Translations under genes and position numbers: made by a program
Notes under the pieces: model-generated
Told to the model about the DNA's origin: nothing
Databases searched by the model: none
The model's input: the letters and a program-made list of their open reading frames with translations, nothing else
Shown: piece after piece, positions 62,133-64,000 of the stretch
Position numbering within the stretch: the first letter of the stretch is position 1
Layout: the number at the start of each line of letters is the position of its first letter
Origin: an uncultured Verrucomicrobiae bacterium
Lineage (GTDB): Bacteria; Verrucomicrobiota; Verrucomicrobiia; Chthoniobacterales; UBA10450
Direction of reading: 5' to 3'
Length of the DNA stretch: 64,000 nt
Assembly (NCBI GenBank): GCA_963801815.1
Contig: CAWDGJ010000008.1
Coordinates: 1 to 64,000 of the forward strand

Positions 62133-64000
62133 GTGAGAACGCCGTCGACCAGTCCGTATCTCAGACTCCCACCGGGATATCATTTTCGCGAACCGTGGTA
62201 CAAGCGGCCGGAATTTTATGTGCCGATCATCGTTGCGGCATTCGTTTTTGGGGGCCTGGCCATTTATATCTCGATGAACCTGGCCGATTTGAAGAGCCAG
62301 GCTGCGACTTTCGACCTGACTAAGCTCGACCAAATGGAATCGGCCAGCGTGATTCTGGACCGCAACGGGAAGATTTTCGGCCAAATCTACGTTGAAAACC
62401 GACAGACCATCCCCTACGACCAGATTCCGCAAGACTTGGTGAAGGCGGTGATCGCAGTTGAAGATTCCGGGTTTTACCAACATCACGGTTACGCAATTTC
62501 GGGAATTCTGCGCGCCAGTTTGAAGAACCTGACCGCTGGACGCGTTCGTCAGGGCGCAAGCACAGTCACGCAACAGCTCGCGCGCAATAGCTTCGCGCTC
62601 AAAGGAAGAACGTTTCGCCGCAAACTCGTCGAGATTTTTCTGGCCCGGCGGATCGAGGACAATTTCAACAAGCAAAAAATCATGGAACTCTATCTCAACC
62701 GGATTTATTTCGGTGGAGGACTTTACGGCGCAGAAGCTGCCGCGCGCGGTTATTTTGGCAAACCGGCTCGCGAGATGACACTCGAGGAATGCGCGATGCT
62801 CGCGGGATTGATTAAGAGTCCGAATCGACTTTCGCCGTGGTCCGATAAAGCGGCCTCCCGTGACGCGCGCAATTACGTGCTCACTCGCATGCGTGATCTC
62901 GGTTTCATCGATCCTGCAAAATGTGCGGAAGCGCAGCGCAGCGCCGTGGTGATTGGCAATCGGCAAAACGCCCAGGGCCAGAACTATGCGGTCGATTACA
63001 TCCGGCAACAGGTAATCAACGCAGTCGGCTGGGATCGCGCGATGAACGAAGGATTTAAAATTCACACGACCATCGACGGCGATTTGCAGAAAATCGCGGA
63101 GGAATCATTGCGCAACAGTTTGGACAAAGCCGAACAGCACGGGGGTTACGACCATCAAACCTACGCCGAATACGCGACGCGCTTTAGACAGGCAAAATCC
63201 AATGGCACGGCATCGGCGCTACCAGCGCCCGATTATTTGCAAGGCGCAGTGATTGGCATCGATAACGAGAGTGGCGGAATTCGAGTTTTGGTTGGCGGCC
63301 GCGATTTCGAACATAATCAGTACGACCGGGCGTTGCAGGCCAAGCGCCCTGCCGGGACAGCGATCCTGCCGTTCGTTTACGCAGCGGCATTCGAGCAGGG
63401 AATGTATCCGGGATCGTTGGTGGAAGATTCGCCGCTCGATAATCGCGCCGTGATGATTGGCGGCACGACTGGAATTCTCGGCGAATGGGGACCTGAAAGC
63501 GCCGACAACCGCTACGAAGGGGCGATGACCGCGAGGCAGGCGCTCGCGAAATCAAAGAACGGCGCCACCGTCCGCATCGGGATGGACGCGGGACTGGATA
63601 ACGTTCTGCAACTTTGCCGCACGGCCGGCATCCATTCAAACCTCCGCCCCTACCCTGCGACTTTGCTGGGCAGTAGCGAGATTACCCTCGCCGACCTCGC
63701 CCTCGCTTACACAATTTTCCCGAACGGCGGCTGGCGGGCCAACGCTCCGCACATTTTAGAAAAAATCGAGGAGAAAGACGGAACGGTTTGGGTCGCACAG
63801 CGCTCGTTGAAAAAAGAAACCGTGATCAAACCCGAAACCGCTTACGAAGTGCATTCCTGCCTGGTCGACGCGCTTGACACTGGTACCGGCAAAACAGCGC
63901 GCACAGAATACGGGCTCAAAAAATTCCCAGCAGCTGGGAAGACCGGCACCGCCTACGACTTCACCGACGCACTTTTCGCCGGCTACGACAACAAGTTTAC
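62133..64000 (+). CDS. Class A penicillin-binding protein (PBP1A-like), runs off the window end
   Basis: Absent from the ORF track and translated by hand from GTG 62133: TM anchor, EDSGFYQHHG, GASTVTQQ, RKLVE, YLNRIYFG; TP domain with SKN and KTGT, but TAIL in place of SxxK. Confidence 0.9.
   Translation, partial: MRTPSTSPYLRLPPGYHFREPWYKRPEFYVPIIVAAFVFGGLAIYISMNLADLKSQAATFDLTKLDQMESASVILDRNGKIFGQIYVENRQTIPYDQIPQDLVKAVIAVEDSGFYQHHGYAISGILRASLKNLTAGRVRQGASTVTQQLARNSFALKGRTFRRKLVEIFLARRIEDNFNKQKIMELYLNRIYFGGGLYGAEAAARGYFGKPAREMTLEECAMLAGLIKSPNRLSPWSDKAASRDARNYVLTRMRDLGFIDPAKCAEAQRSAVVIGNRQNAQGQNYAVDYIRQQVINAVGWDRAMNEGFKIHTTIDGDLQKIAEESLRNSLDKAEQHGGYDHQTYAEYATRFRQAKSNGTASALPAPDYLQGAVIGIDNESGGIRVLVGGRDFEHNQYDRALQAKRPAGTAILPFVYAAAFEQGMYPGSLVEDSPLDNRAVMIGGTTGILGEWGPESADNRYEGAMTARQALAKSKNGATVRIGMDAGLDNVLQLCRTAGIHSNLRPYPATLLGSSEITLADLALAYTIFPNGGWRANAPHILEKIEEKDGTVWVAQRSLKKETVIKPETAYEVHSCLVDALDTGTGKTARTEYGLKKFPAAGKTGTAYDFTDALFAGYDNKF

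Noticed and set aside
62064..63065. 333-aa minus-strand ORF and other long antisense ORFs (e.g. 22675-23967, 12149-13006)
   Set aside because: Shadow frames of well-supported genes on the opposite strand in GC-rich DNA.

Overview
Bacterial chromosomal segment. The gene families and intergenic repeat styles suggest a soil Verrucomicrobiota (Chthoniobacterales-like) organism; this is an inference. Many genes carry single-base indels, often in homopolymers, typical of an unpolished long-read consensus. The left ~11.7 kb is an indel-rich accessory block (NDH-2, RND pump, small hypotheticals, ECF sigma factor plus Ser/Thr kinase-TPR). It ends at an orphan 5' half of tRNA-Leu(TAG), cut exactly after the anticodon loop and bracketed by a 17-bp inverted repeat, resembling an att site. 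The rest is mostly core metabolism: Dcp, GH25, KorAB, two ABC-F ATPases, SMUG1-type UDG, cyclase-TPR, PLD, NifJ, a DHS-like enzyme, a complex I lacking NuoEFG here but with two NuoM subunits and a 26-aa NuoL helix extension, ferredoxin, a MidA-like methyltransferase and a class A PBP with a degenerate SxxK. The best candidates for something new are: (1) two homologous ~90-100 nt structured non-coding RNAs (21485-21573, 34767-34864), one with a near-consensus sigma-54 promoter and both with their own terminators; (2) the tRNA-half/inverted-repeat module; (3) a set of very short palindromic elements that insert into one another and in frame into core genes.
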